A stretch of 62,906 nucleotides of DNA, filler included, from Octopus bimaculoides (GCF_001194135.2; 7 parts of 7 records of this genome joined end to end with filler, not necessarily neighbours in it), one strand, 5' to 3'; shown: positions 1 to 12,771, numbered from the whole stretch's first letter. Program-made: numbers and translations. The notes: generated by a model from the sequence alone, not told the origin.

Positions 1-881
1 AATGAACACTCAATATTTCATATATTCAATAAGACATATTCCATATATTCAATAAGACATTCAATACTTCATTTCATTGTACCATCCATTTTTTAATATT
101 ATATATTATATATTCCATATTCTATATCCACATTAATTTTACAAGAATATAAATAAAACATAAAAAACAGACAGAGTTGGAACTCTTTTAAATGAAATAA
201 TATATATATATATATACACATACATACATTCATATATGTATATGCGTATTTATATGCATACATATTTATAATTATGTATACACATATATTCACACATACG
301 CATATATACTTATATATACATACATTATATAAATATAAACGTATGACACACACACACACACACACACACACACGTATACATACATTCATACATGGGGAAA
401 GTTAGATGTGTTAGTTTTATGCTCGTGGGTGTATGTGCATACGTGAATGAGTGCGTGTGTGCATGTGCGTGTGAGTGAATGTGCGTGTGTGCTTATGTGC
501 GTGTGTGTATCTCTACTATTATTCATAATTAACGAAAGAATTTCAAGGAAACTTCGAATATAAAAGAAATGGAGTGGAAATGTTATACGCTACAATATAC
601 ATATTTATTAAAGATTAAATATCTTACAATTATATAGACATGTCATATGTATGTATCTACGTACGTATATTTACATTGAAATGTAGGAGACACCCATACT
701 CATCCGCACAAGCACACACACATACACACACGTGTACACCAGCATGAATACGCGCGCTCACACACACAGATACACTCACACACATACATAGATACATGTG
801 TTGTTGAGAGAATCGCATGTATATCTTTCGAAATACATATTCTGACCTTCATAAATATATACATTAATATATATATATACA

Positions 882-920
<39 letters not shown>

Positions 921-1390
921 TTTTAAATAGACACGCACATACACATGTGCGCGTGCATTTATGTATGTATGTATGTATGTATGTATATATGTATGTATGT
1001 ATTTATGAATGTACACAGACATACATATAAAAAGAGAGGAAAGATACGGTGAGGTGGGAAAAAGAGAGATAGACATGCATATATATATATATANNNNNNN
1101 NNNNNNNNNNNNNNNNNNNNNNNNATAGATAGATAGATAGATAGATAGACGGGAAAAAGATATGCTTTATTCCCTGAAGATAACATCATGTGACCTAATT
1201 GCATGAACTATCACCTGAACCCATCTTTACCATTCTCAGACTAAATATAACCATCACATTCTACTTTTACTTTCGTAAACAAAATATACCTCCCTACCCT
1301 GACCTACACATTCATTCACTTCCTCTTTATTGTCCATTCTTTTGTTAAGTCGTTTAATTTCTTAGATTATTTGAAAACTATTTTTTCAAT

Positions 1391-1590
1391 GTGGCGAGCT
1401 GGCAGAACCGCTTGTACGTCAGACAAATTTCGAAGCGGTATATCTTCCGACTCGCTACATTCTGAGTTCAAATTTTACCGGAGGAAACTTTTCTCTTTCA
1501 TTCCTAAAATAGATCGCTAAAATATATACCAATCAAGTACTAAGATCGATACAACCAATTTGCCTTTTCCCTTGAAACTCGCTGGCCTTC
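1391..1590 (+). mobile_element. SINE family A, degenerate copy
   Basis: GGCGAGCTGGCAGAA head and GAGTTCAAAT B-box. Confidence 0.65.
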
Positions 1591-1789
1591 CCTTAAAATT
1601 ACAAAGAATTATTGATCATTGTTTCTTATTGAGATCTTAGGTTTCTTATTCCTGTGTTCTTTCCGGTTTTATTTTGATTTCTTTTTCCTATTTTCCTTCT
1701 ACCACAATATCTCGTATGGTTCATGGTAAACATATTTAGAGACATTCTTTAATTGCTGTTGGTTTTTTAGAGCTTCTGTAGTCAGCCCA

Positions 1790-1875
1790 AGGGTAAAACG
1801 TCCTCTAGCAATTTTAAGGACGAAAGGTAAAGTCGACCACGGTGGAATTTGAACTTGGAACGTAAACAGTCGAAG
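1790..1875 (-). mobile_element. SINE family A fragment
   Basis: Reverse complement of GTTCAAATTCCACCGTGGTCGACTTTACCTTTCGTCC. Confidence 0.6.
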
Positions 1876-2904
1876 AATTGAAATAGTTAGTCTGCTACCT
1901 CACGCATTCATTCTGCATTGATTTACACTGATGTAGAAGTACCTGTATTTCATTTAATTATGTAAGTAAATTTAATATTTGTTTAATTTAGAGTATGTTG
2001 GCCAAGGTGAACACCGCTGGTTCGGAAAAATCCGTAATCCGGAAATACTTTGGAACGAAAGATTCCGGAAAATGGATGTTGTACCTGTATCAGAGTTCAC
2101 TCATTCATACGTTCTGATGAGGAACAAGTCTTTTACATACATACATACACAAACACACGTGCGCACATATATACACACGTATTCACAGACACATACAGGC
2201 ATATACAAATAAACACACACAAGCACACACACAAACACACACAGACATACACACATAAACATACGCACACAAGCACACATACAGACATACACACACATAG
2301 AAGCACACACACATACAAACACAAACATACACGCACACACACATACACACACAAGCATACATACATACACACACATACACACACACACGCACGCACGCAG
2401 AGATATACACAGATACAAACAGACAGACACACACAGAGGAGGAGATAAATAGCTGATATTTTCGGTAAGTACGTGAATAAACACCATCCTTTTCTGCAGA
2501 TGTTAACGTGTAACTTTAGAGAAACACAGCTTCTATTTCTAGCAGACTCAATGACATGGTAAAAAGGCTCATTCCCTGAGTCGTAAATGCCTGTTAGATT
2601 TACCACGAAACATAAAGGAAATCGCCATGATTATTGAGCAAACTTCAGTAAACACAATGGTGAAAAGGTTTAAAGAGACAGACAGGGATTATGCGATAGT
2701 GACGAAATCGTATATAAGGTGTGTATAATATATATATATTTCCTCCAGGGATTTCAGTGTATAAACATTGAGAAGCGAATCCGTGACTCGGTGTCACGCC
2801 TCTTCCGGAACCTATTTATCTGTTTATCCTTTTTTTTATGGTACATACATACATACAAACATACATAAATACATGATTACATACATACATACATATACAT
2901 ATAC

Positions 2905-2963
<59 letters not shown>

Positions 2964-3054
2964 ATATATANNNNNNNNNNNNNNNNNNNNNNNNNNNNNN
3001 NNNNNNNNNNNNNNNNNNNNNNNNNNNNNNNNNNNNNNNNNNNNNNNNNNNNNN

Positions 3055-3090
<36 letters not shown>

Positions 3091-3164
3091 ACAAACATAT
3101 GTGTATGTGTATATGTATATCCACACATGTATTTACTAATATATATTATGTGAATGTATATAGG

Positions 3165-3245
<81 letters not shown>

Positions 3246-3929
3246 GTGTGGGTGTGTGTGTGTGGGTGTTTATAAGCGTATGCAAATAAATAGAAGTAGA
3301 TACCTATAAGTTATTGTTTTACACACAGATCCATATGCATACACACACATGTATCCATACATACACACACGCGCGCACATGCATGCTCACACATACACAT
3401 ATACACACAAACACACACATACACAATACGCACACACGCGCATACATAGTGAGGAAAGAAAGTGAAAGTGGAACTGTCGACAGAAAGTTCACCAAGTGCA
3501 GTCAAATTTTGCAGATTGGAAAGAAGCCTCGGGAAGAAAATGGCTGCGATAAAGATGAATACTTTAGATTAGAGGTTAACCGCATCTGATTAGTTCAGTT
3601 TTTACAGGAAGCCTACCCCTATTTATTTGGTACACAGCCTCGTCAGATGCCAACCTGCACCACCCACGCATGATTCCTTAGGACGTTTTGATCACTCTCC
3701 TTGAAGATGCTAAAGTAAATAAATACCTTTAATGTTATTTCCTGATTTGCCTGGCGCTGCTTGGTTGTATTGCACGACATTTTATGAACCTCCTTCTGTT
3801 GCATTCTTCCTATATCTGTAAGAGTATACGCGTGTGTGTATGTGTGTCTGTGTAATATATATATCTACATATACATATACAATTCGTACATGTGTATGTC
3901 CGTCTGTATATATATATATATATATATAC

Positions 3930-4106
3930 TTTTATTCCTTTACATGTTTCAGTCATTTGACTGCGGCCATGCCGGAGCACCGCCTTGAAGGGTTTTAGTC
4001 AAACATATTGACCCCAGGACTTATTGGACTCATTTGCCGAACCGCTAGTTTACGGGAAAGTAAACACACCAACGCCAATACACAAACACACATAGATATA
4101 TACATG

Positions 4107-4140
<34 letters not shown>

Positions 4141-4630
4141 AGTGCGTGTGNNNNNNNNNNNNNNNNNNNNNNNNNNNNNNNNNNNNNNNNNNNNNNNNNN
4201 NNNNNNNNNNNNNNNNNNNNNNNNNNNNNNNNNNNNNNNNNNNNNNNNNNNNNNNNNNNNNNNNNNNNNNNNNNNNNNNNNNNNNNNNNNNNNNNNNNNN
4301 NNNNNNNNNNNNNNNNNNNNNNNNNNNNNNNNNNNNNNNNNNNNNNNNNNNNNNNNNNNNNNNNNNNNNNNNNNNNNNNNNNNNNNNNNNNNNNNNNNNN
4401 NNNNNNNNNNNNNNNNNNNNNNNNNNNNNNNNNNNNNNNNNNNNNNNNNNNNNNNNNNNNNNNNNNNNNNNNNTATTTGACGGGCTTCTTTCAGTTATTG
4501 TTAACCAAATCCACTCATAAGGCTTTGGTTAGCCCGAAGCTGTAGAAAAAGACACTCAAAGTACCACGGATTGGGACTGAACCCGGAACCATATGAATGA
4601 GAAGCTAGTTTCTTACCACACATCCACAAC
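3930..4630 (-). mobile_element. SINE family B (CORE-like, OK/OR-type from memory) with internal microsatellite and gap
   Basis: Tail GTTTCAGTCATTTGACTGCGGCCATG at 3946; head GGGACTGAACCCGGAACC at 4573. Confidence 0.8.
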
Positions 4631-5124
4631 TGATATATATATATGCATATGTGTGTGTGTGTCTGTGCGTGTGTGTTTGTGTGTGTGATTATACACACAC
4701 ACACATGTCGATATGTAATTATAAGTTTATAAGCTTCGAGCAGTCCGTAGTAGATATTAAAAAAGCGTTCAGGGAGAATAACGAGTTATAAGCGTCGAGG
4801 GTTGTAGGTTTTTCCCATATCGAAGTTCGATAAGCTGAAAGAAATTGTTTATTGCTCACGGTTAGCAGCATGAGTTGCTATGAATGCGAATAAGAATCCC
4901 GCATACATATGTAGAAATGCACACACACACACACACACACACAGATGCACGCACACATATATGTACATACATATACGATTCATATATGTGTGTTTGCACC
5001 TATGTGTATGTGTGTGTGAGTGGGCATACATATACATATACATACGTATCGGCTAAACTACAGATACGCGGTTTTTTCTTGTTTATTTCAATCTTTTGGG
5101 GGGTAACTTTTCTCGATATTTACC

Positions 5125-5195
<71 letters not shown>

Positions 5196-5634
5196 GAAAC
5201 AAATGCACGCACATGCTCACACACACACACACACACTCACACACACACACACACAATGTGAAAGTTGACCGTATCTTCTGCGTTTCAAACCTAGTGGAGC
5301 TCTTCACGACTGCGGAGAGGAGAGAAAAATCTGGAGTTTATTTTGGGTTCATTTAAAGTTAAGTGAGTAAGGGTGGATAGGGTTTGAACCATGCAGGGAA
5401 GTGGTTAATGATATTTTTAGGTGTGTGTCGGAGCTAGAACTGAACTACTACATTATTATTGAATGCCGCTCCTTCATTGAAATTTAATTAGGGTTGGTTG
5501 GACTGATGACCTTTGACCGAGGTTAGTTTATTGTTTAGTAAAAAATGTTTATAATACAGCATGTCTAAAATTATCGCGTATTTGAAAGAATAGACCTCTC
5601 CTAGGCAAGATAATGTTTGCTTTTTCCCCCCTCT

Positions 5635-6172
5635 TCTCGTTTTCTTGTTTCAGTCATTTGACTGCGGCCATGCTGGAGCACCGCCTTTAGTCGAACAACT
5701 CGACCCCAGGACTTATTCTTTGGAACCCTAGTACTTATTCTATCGGCTTCTTTTGCCGAACCGCTAAGTTACGGGGACGTAAACACACCAGCATCGGTTG
5801 TCAAGCGATGTTGGGACAAACACAGACACACAAACATACACACAGACACACACATACATATATATANNNNNNNNNNNNNNNNNNNNNNNNNNNNNNNNNN
5901 NNNNNNNNNNNNNNNNNNNNNNNNNNNNNNNNNNNNNNNNNNNNNNNNNNNNNNNNNNNNNNNNNNNNNNNNNNNNNNNNNNNNNNNNNNNNNNNNNNNN
6001 NNNNNNNNNNGACGGGCTTCTTTCAGTTTCTGTCTACCAAATCCACTTACAAGGCTTTGGTCGACCCGAGGCTATAGTAGAAGACACTTGACCAAGGTGC
6101 CACGCAGTGGGACTGAACCCGGAACCATGTGGTTAGTAAGCAAGCTACTTACCACACCGCCACTCCTGCGCC
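5635..6172 (-). mobile_element. SINE family B, full length
   Basis: Head GGCGCAGGAGTGGCGGTGTGGTAAG, GGTTCAGTCCC B-box, GGCACCTTGGTCAAGTGTCTTC, conserved tail. Confidence 0.92.
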
Positions 6173-6399
6173 TGAAGAAACATTTTTCACGGACCCAGGA
6201 GGCAAAACTGAAAAGGCGTTGCCCCGGAGAATGGTGAGGGAGATGTGCTGGAACCGCCAATTTGACTCACAGGGTTCGAACTTGCATATAACCATCTGCA
6301 TTCTGATAGCTGTGACCAGGGATATGGTCCAGGCTACAAGAACACCGGAGGTCTCGACTCCCACAGGCTCGACCGTAAACCTGTCGGAAAGCGACTTGC

Positions 6400-6555
6400 A
6401 GTCACTGTGTGTGTGTGTGTGTGAGATCTGGTTCCTTGACCTGAGTTCAGTTCTATAAGTGGCACTTTGGGCACGTGTCTTCTACGACAGCCTCGCAATG
6501 ACCAAAGCCTTGTGAGTGGATTTGGTTGACGGAAACTGGTTGAAGCACATCGCAT
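6400..6555 (+). mobile_element. SINE family B 5' half
   Basis: GAGTTCAGTTC..GGCACTTTGGGCACGTGTCTTCTAC..GGATTTGGTTGACGGAAACTG. Confidence 0.7.
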
Positions 6556-6955
6556 GTATGTATGTATGTATGTATGTATGTATGTATGTATGTATGTATG
6601 TATGTATGTGAATAAACATTTATATTGGTGTTTGTCTTATTCTCCTCTACGTATGCTCTGTATATCATAACTAGTAACATTGCTGAGTACAATGTTTTTT
6701 AATTTACTGGCCTTTACATGATAAAAAGTGTTATCGCACGAAAAAATTTGTCGCAAAAAGTCATGTAAAAAAATTGCCAAAAAAAAAAAACTCAGTAATG
6801 AAAACTTGGGAATCCAAAATTTCAGGATTGTGGGTCCAGAATTTGGTCCGGAATGTTTTTAATTTACTCACAGAGTCAGCTTGATTCCAAAATGGTATGA
6901 CATGTTAGGCTACGGCCTCTTGGATTAAAGTTGAAGAAGTGTGACACACTGACAT

Positions 6956-7040
6956 TCATATCATATCATATCATATCATATCATATCATATCATATCATA
7001 TCATATCATATCATATCATATCATATCATATCATATCATA
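6956..7040. repeat. (TCATA)17 pentanucleotide microsatellite
   Basis: Perfect array. Confidence 0.98.
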
Positions 7041-7044
7041 TCAA

Positions 7045-7250
7045 GGCAGCGACGTGGCAGAAACGTTAGCACGCTGGGCGAAATGCTTAGCTGTATTTCG
7101 TCTGTCTTTTTGTTCTGATTCAAATTCCTCCGAGGTCGACTTTGCCTTTCAGGGTCGATAAATTAAGTACCAGTTGCGTACTTGAGTCGATCTAATCGAC
7201 TGGCCCCCGCCCTCAAAATTTCGGGCCTTGTTCCCAGAGTAGAAAAGATT
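7045..7250 (+). mobile_element. SINE family A (tRNA head plus GCCTTTCATCCTTTCGGGGTCGATAAA central domain, Meta/MESC-like from memory)
   Basis: A-box TGGCAGAA, B-box-like TTCAAATTCC, conserved central block, AGTAGAAA(A)GA(A)TT tail. Confidence 0.85.
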
Positions 7251-7261
7251 ATATTATATAA

Positions 7262-7478
7262 AGCAGCGAACGGGCAGAATCGTTAGCACGCCGGCCGAAA
7301 TACTTAGCGTTGTTTTCGTCCGCCGTTAGGTTTTGAGTTCGAATTCCGCGAAGGTCGACTTTGCCTTTTATCCTTTCGGGATCGATAAAATTAGTACCAG
7401 TTACGTACTAAGGTCGATGTAACCGACTTAGTCCCTTCCCCCAAAATTTGAGGCCTTGTGCTTCCAGTAGAAAGAATT
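7262..7478 (+). mobile_element. SINE family A, second tandem copy
   Basis: Same head, core and tail directly after the first copy. Confidence 0.85.
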
Positions 7479-8094
7479 TATTAAAGTTGAAAAAGTGTCA
7501 CACACTGACATTCACATTTATTATATATGTGGAGACTGTATTTCAATTAGAGTGTATTTTGTATGTGTGCTTGTGTATGTATATATGTATGTATAGTGTG
7601 TTAGAAGTGGTGTACACATATTGAATATTGAGAAAAGAGGAGGTTGCCAGAATTTTGGGAAAAGAATTTTAAAAATTTAGTCATTATTATTAACGCTTTC
7701 GTTCGTCTTCGAACTTGTCAAATAAGATTGTGAATGTGCAAACAGTTTGTTCATTTATATAATTCAATTCTTTTTTTGTTAAGTTTAGAAGAGGAGAACA
7801 TTGATTTTTGTTTTTGTGAGTGAGGTTCCAGAATAATAGAGATACAGAGATAGGTAGATGGTATAGATAGATAGATAGATAGATAGATAGACAGCTAGAT
7901 AGACAGACAGATAGATAGGTTGAGAGAGGGAAGGGAAGGGATTTTTTTCAATTTGGAATGTTTTTTACCATTTATTTATTTACCGTTGTATAGCTACTGG
8001 CTTGAGACATGAGTTCAAAGGTGCGGTCATCACTAAAAGCAATTTTTCTCTTAAGGTGCCAAGAAGGAAGATAAGGGGTTCTATAAAAAATTAA

Positions 8095-8141
<47 letters not shown>

Positions 8142-8397
8142 TATGTGTACCTGTTAGTTCATGTGTTTGGAAATATGTCTATGTCTACACTGTAATTTCG
8201 ATGTTTTGCATTGAAAAATCAAGTCAGGTTACTTTTAGTTTCATGTTTTTGCATACACAAACATTAGTCCAATATTTACAAATTAGAAACATAAAACCCA
8301 CTGTTATATGGATGAGTATCATGTTATAAATATTGGGGCAGAAACAACATGTATATATATATATATATATAATAATATAAATAATATATATATATGC

Positions 8398-9062
8398 CTA
8401 GCAGGTAGATGCTTGTTAAGCATCATTACGCTTCGTGCAAATTTATAATTCATAGCTATTTAATGCTATTGCGCCTGCAATCCACCTATGTCACTGCTGG
8501 TAATGTCACCAATTTGAAAGTTTATCCACAGATGATATGAACAATAGTGACATCTGATTTTAAATTTCAGTGTTTGAATGTTTTACTTATAAATTTTGTG
8601 CTCTGTTTTTGTGCTCTGTTTTTGGCGCAAAACAAAACCAGTTACACAGTCAGAGTTTAACGTGACAGCTATGGATTATTACCTCGGTAGGCCACACTGA
8701 TGAGGCTCGGGGTTTAAATATCCAAAAGCCGAAACCTGGTTTGTGGATATCCTAATTGGATAATATTTTTATTTGTGCTATTAAATGTTTTAACTCAGTC
8801 TGTTTTCCTCGCATAGTGTTTTTCTCTGTTATCTTGGTGCGATACGGTGGATTAATTTAAGACTTTAGCTCTTATTTCTAGCAGGTAGATGCTTGTTAAG
8901 CATCATTACGCTTCGTGTAAATTTATAATTCATAGCTATTTAATGTTATTTCGCCTGCGATCCACCTATGTCACTGCAGGTGATATCAATTTTAAAATTT
9001 ATCCACAGATGATATGAACAGTAGTGACATCTGATTTCAAATCTCAGTGTTTGAATGTTTTG

Positions 9063-9068
<6 letters not shown>
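8398..9068 (+). mobile_element. Hammerhead-bearing partial tandem repeat (480-bp period, about 1.4 units): retrozyme/Penelope pLTR-like non-autonomous retroelement
   Basis: A ~190-bp block at 8398-8591 recurs at 8878-9068, offset exactly 480 bp and about 90% identical by eye. The hammerhead lies between the copies, ATTAAA follows it, both flanks are (TA)n, and there is no ORF. Confidence 0.6.
8692..8746 (+). ncRNA. Minimal type I hammerhead ribozyme (predicted), GUU cleavage after 8741
   Basis: CCACA (stem I 5', 8692-96) CTGATGA (8697-8703) GGCT..19-nt loop..AGCC (stem II) GAAA (8731-34) CCTGG T T (near-palindromic stem III ACCTGGT, then U16.1 and H17=U) TGTGG (stem I 3', 8742-46). All core nucleotides are present. 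Folded by eye only. Confidence 0.8.
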
Positions 9069-9097
<29 letters not shown>

Positions 9098-10209
9098 GCA
9101 TATGTGGGTACAGGACGTCACCAACAATAAACAACATGAAATACGAAAATATATGAGTTAAATACGCAAATAACGAGATATGTGATACAAACAATACAAG
9201 GAACAACCCTTCATCGAAGTCCAAAGAAGTCAACACGTAAATTGGCGCAGCAGTCTCACATTAGGAGGAAGTCATGCTAACGGATGTTGAAAATCTAAAG
9301 TTGATGCCATATCATTTTACACGTGTGCAACAATTGAAAGTGGATAACAAAAGCAAACGAGTAAATTATTGTACATGGCTTCTGAATAGCATCGCTAATG
9401 GTGAACTACACCCATTCCAACACTTGTAAAGTTATTTCGGTATTTACACTATGCTACGATATCCGGATTACTTTTTTGTGCGTCACCTTCTGTGTGTCCG
9501 TGTGTGTATTCTGATCGAATTTTCCATGTGTTAGCATGTACCTCCTTTCGACAGTGTAAACTTTCATCTACTCAATTTGCTTAGTCTGACGAGTAGGCTG
9601 CGGTATACATCTCGCTTGGACATTTACCGCTTCCGAGGTTCAGCTCTTTATGAAACATATGTAGCCCGGATTTTATTTACTCTATTCCTCAACTCTTGTA
9701 TTTTTATTCGCATACTCGGTAACCCTGGTCGCCTACCGTGAAATATAAAAAGAACTTTACTCAGTTTATCGTACTTCGATACGAAAAAATCTACAACTTT
9801 CCGTCTCAATAAACCACTATTGTCCCTGAAGGTTGTTTTTATATTTACTACGGATTGTTTGAAGCTGACTTTCTTCCTACACCTCGATCCTTGGTTCTCA
9901 TATATATATATATATATANNNNNNNNNNNNNNNNNNNNNNNNNNNNNNNNNNNNNNNNNNNNNNNNNNNNNNNNNNNNNNNNNNNNNNNNNNNNNNNNNN
10001 NNNNNNNNNNNNNNNNNNNNNNNNNNNNNNNNNNNNNNNNNNNNNNNNNNNNNNNNNNNNNNNNNNNNNNNNNNNNNNNNNNNNNNNNNNNNNNNNNNNN
10101 NNNNNNNNNNNNNNNNNNNNNNNNNNNNNNNNNNNNNNNNNNNNNNNNNNNNNNNNNNNNNNNNNNNNNNNNNNNNNNNNNNNNNNNNNNNNNNNNNNNN
10201 NNNNNNNNN

Positions 10210-10272
<63 letters not shown>

Positions 10273-11066
10273 GTAATGGGCTTTCCACAGTTTCCGGAGC
10301 TATAGTAGGAGCCACTTACCCAAGGTGTTGTGCGAACCACGTGCTTGCGATGCGAAATTCTTAACCGTACGGTGATGCCTCCACGCAGTTTATGCCTTGT
10401 AATTTTCACCTACGAAATATTGTTCAACCGAGGAATATATTGTTAAAATATAGAAATTCTTTACCCAAAAATGTCTTGCGAGTTTGGATGGAAACTGGAA
10501 GCACGTACTTGTAAAAAAACAAACAAGATAAAACAAGTAAACAAAGCGAATGTGTTAATAACCTAGCCGTGTCTACGCCTACAGACAGATAAGAAATTAA
10601 AGAAAAGAAAAAATACTAAGGAAAGCCAGGAAGAAAGGAACTTAGAATGCATGGTTCTAAGAGAAAAATGTACCTTAGCAACAAGAAGAAGCTAATCAGG
10701 AACAGTCCAAGAGTACAATGTGCCATTAGTTCCAGACTGTTAAATGCACGTAACGACCTGGCGGCTTCAGACAGCCAAAACTTTAATCAATGGTTTCGCG
10801 AGAATCTATTGGCTGATGGCGACTTTCAACTGGAGAGTTTAATTGCCAATGGAGGCAGAAGGGAAAAGGAATGTGTGTATGCATGTATGTGCCTGCGTGC
10901 GCATGTACGTATCTGTGTATGCATGTATGGGTACCCATATGCGTAAGTACATCTATGTGTGTACATGCATGAATGTGCATATGTACGTGTGTATATGTAC
11001 GGGGTGGATGTCATAACGTGTTTGTGTAATGAAAGAAGCCGAATTTCGTTTTCTTCCTTACATGTA

Positions 11067-11150
11067 CAGGGTGCGACAGAAAACCCTCCCATATTTTTCT
11101 TAGTCATCGGCTTGGCGCTATTAAAGTTACGCAAATAATAACGGCATCTT
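11067..11150 (+). mobile_element. Single Tc1/mariner-like end
   Basis: TA|CAGGGTGCGACAGAAAACC; no matching opposite end found. Confidence 0.3.
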
Positions 11151-11225
11151 AATGTAGCTAATATATTACCGTTTTTGCTCAGTTGTCAATATATTTGTCC
11201 TGTTCTCAATATTTGCTACACAGGA

Positions 11226-11429
11226 AGGTGGCGAATTGGCAGAATCGTTGGGCACACCTGGCAAAATGCTTAGCGCCATTTCGTCCGTCTTTACGTTCTG
11301 AGTTCAAATTGTACCGAAGTCAGCCTTGCCTTTCATCCTATCGGGATCGATAAAAAAGTGCTGGGGTCGATGTAATCGATTTAGTCGCTCCCCCGAAATT
11401 GCTGGACTTATGCCAAAATTTGTGTGCAG
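11226..11429 (+). mobile_element. SINE family A with 16-bp TSD
   Basis: TATTTGCTACACAGGA at 11210-11225 and 11430-11445. Confidence 0.92.
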
Positions 11430-11500
11430 TATTTGCTACACAGGAGCAAAGCTGTAATACAATGTACAAAAAAAAAAAAAAGAAAGAAAACTAAGTTTAA

Positions 11501-11726
11501 CACTTTTAACCCGCGATTACGCTTTTACGGGGGTGGGCGACTTCATCTGGCTATATCACTAGAAAGCGGGTGGCCTCGTGGTTTTGTGCTTACGGCTAAA
11601 AATAACGATGCTTCTGCTAATTAGCGTGCCGTAAACACAAAACCATATTGCTGCTCGCTTTTGCGTCTTCCAAGGGTGGAACGAAATGAAATCGCACCGG
11701 TAAAGCGTATTCGCGGCTTCAAAGGG
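11501..11726. mobile_element. piggyBac-type MITE
   Basis: TTAA at 11497-11500 and 11727-11730; 25-bp TIRs matching 21/25 (CACTTTTAACCCGCGATTACGCTTT vs CCCTTTGAAGCCGCGAATACGCTTT); internal inverted repeat GGTTTTGTG..TTACGGC / GCCGTAA..CACAAAACC. Confidence 0.8.
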
Positions 11727-11981
11727 TTAATCAGCTTTTCTTCCCATGTCACCGGAAGTGGAATCAACAGTAGAACATCAGACTAAATGTCTTATAATAT
11801 GTACGTGTCTCTTATGTTGTAAGTTCAAATTCTGACTGGGTCAACATAGCAGTTATATAATGAGTTCAAGTTCTGCGAACTATAATACTAGTTCTGCAAA
11901 AGTGTGTGATTGCATGCCAATGTCGGACAGATTTATAATCTCTTTATAATATATGATCCGATGGAAGGCGGTGAGATGATA

Positions 11982-12370
11982 GGCGCAGGAGTGGCTGTGT
12001 GGTAAGTAGCTCACTTACCAATCACATGGTCCCGGGTTCATTCCCACTGCATGGCACCATGGGCAAGTGTCTTCTACTATAGCCTTGGTAGACGGAAAGA
12101 AGCCCATCGTATATATATATGTATATATATGTATATATGTATGTGTTTGTGTGTATATGTTTGTGTGTCTGTGTTTGTCCCCCCAACATCGCTTGACAAC
12201 CGATAGTGGTGTGTTTACGTCCCTGTAACGTAGCGGTTCGGCAAAAAAGACCGATAGAATAAGTACTAGGCATCCAAAGAATAAGTCATGGGGTCGATTT
12301 GCTTGACTAAAGGTGGTGCTCCAGCATGGCCGCAGTCAAATGACTGAAACAAGTAAAAGAGTAAAAGAGT
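11982..12370 (+). mobile_element. SINE family B, full length
   Basis: A-box TGGCTGTGTGG (11992), B-box GGTTCATTCCC, internal (TA)/(TG) tract, tail ..GACTGAAACAAGTAAAAGAGTAAAAGAG. Confidence 0.92.
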
Positions 12371-12372
12371 AT

Positions 12373-12521
12373 ACCGGGCAAAATACTTAGCGGCATTTCG
12401 TCCGGTTTCATGGTTTAAATTCTAACTTTTAATGTCACCGAGGTCGACTTTGCCGTTCATCCTCCTGGAATCGGTAAAATAAGTAGCTGTAGAGCATTGG
12501 GCTCGATGTAATCGACCTATC
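12373..12521 (+). mobile_element. SINE family A, 5'-truncated, abutting a family B tail
   Basis: CTTAGCGGCATTTCGTCC..GAGGTCGACTTTGCC..TCGATGTAATCGAC. Confidence 0.75.
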
Positions 12522-12718
12522 NNNNNNNNNNNNNNNNNNNNNNNNNNNNNNNNNNNNNNNNNNNNNNNNNNNNNNNNNNNNNNNNNNNNNNNNNNNNNNN
12601 NNNNNNNNNNNNNNNNNNNNNNNNNNNNNNNNNNNNNNNNNNNNNNNNNNNNNNNNNNNNNNNNNNNNNNNNNNNNNNNNNNNNNNNNNNNNNNNNNNNN
12701 NNNNNNNNNNNNNNNNNN

Positions 12719-12771
<53 letters not shown>

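Noticed and set aside
8529-8556. CAGATG-ATATGAACAATAGTGA-CATCTG hairpin with ATGA..AA..GA, SECIS-like
   Set aside because: Helix II would be only 2 bp, versus about 10 bp in a real SECIS, and there is no upstream ORF.
9648-9900. Open-looking minus-strand frame ENQGSRCRKK..IRATYVS
   Set aside because: No recognisable motif, start or splice sites; truncated by a gap.
10647-10830. RLLNARNDLAASDSQ, faintly like the DLxAA(D/E)AxYHxxC motif of some DNA-transposon proteins
   Set aside because: The key YH and C residues are absent.
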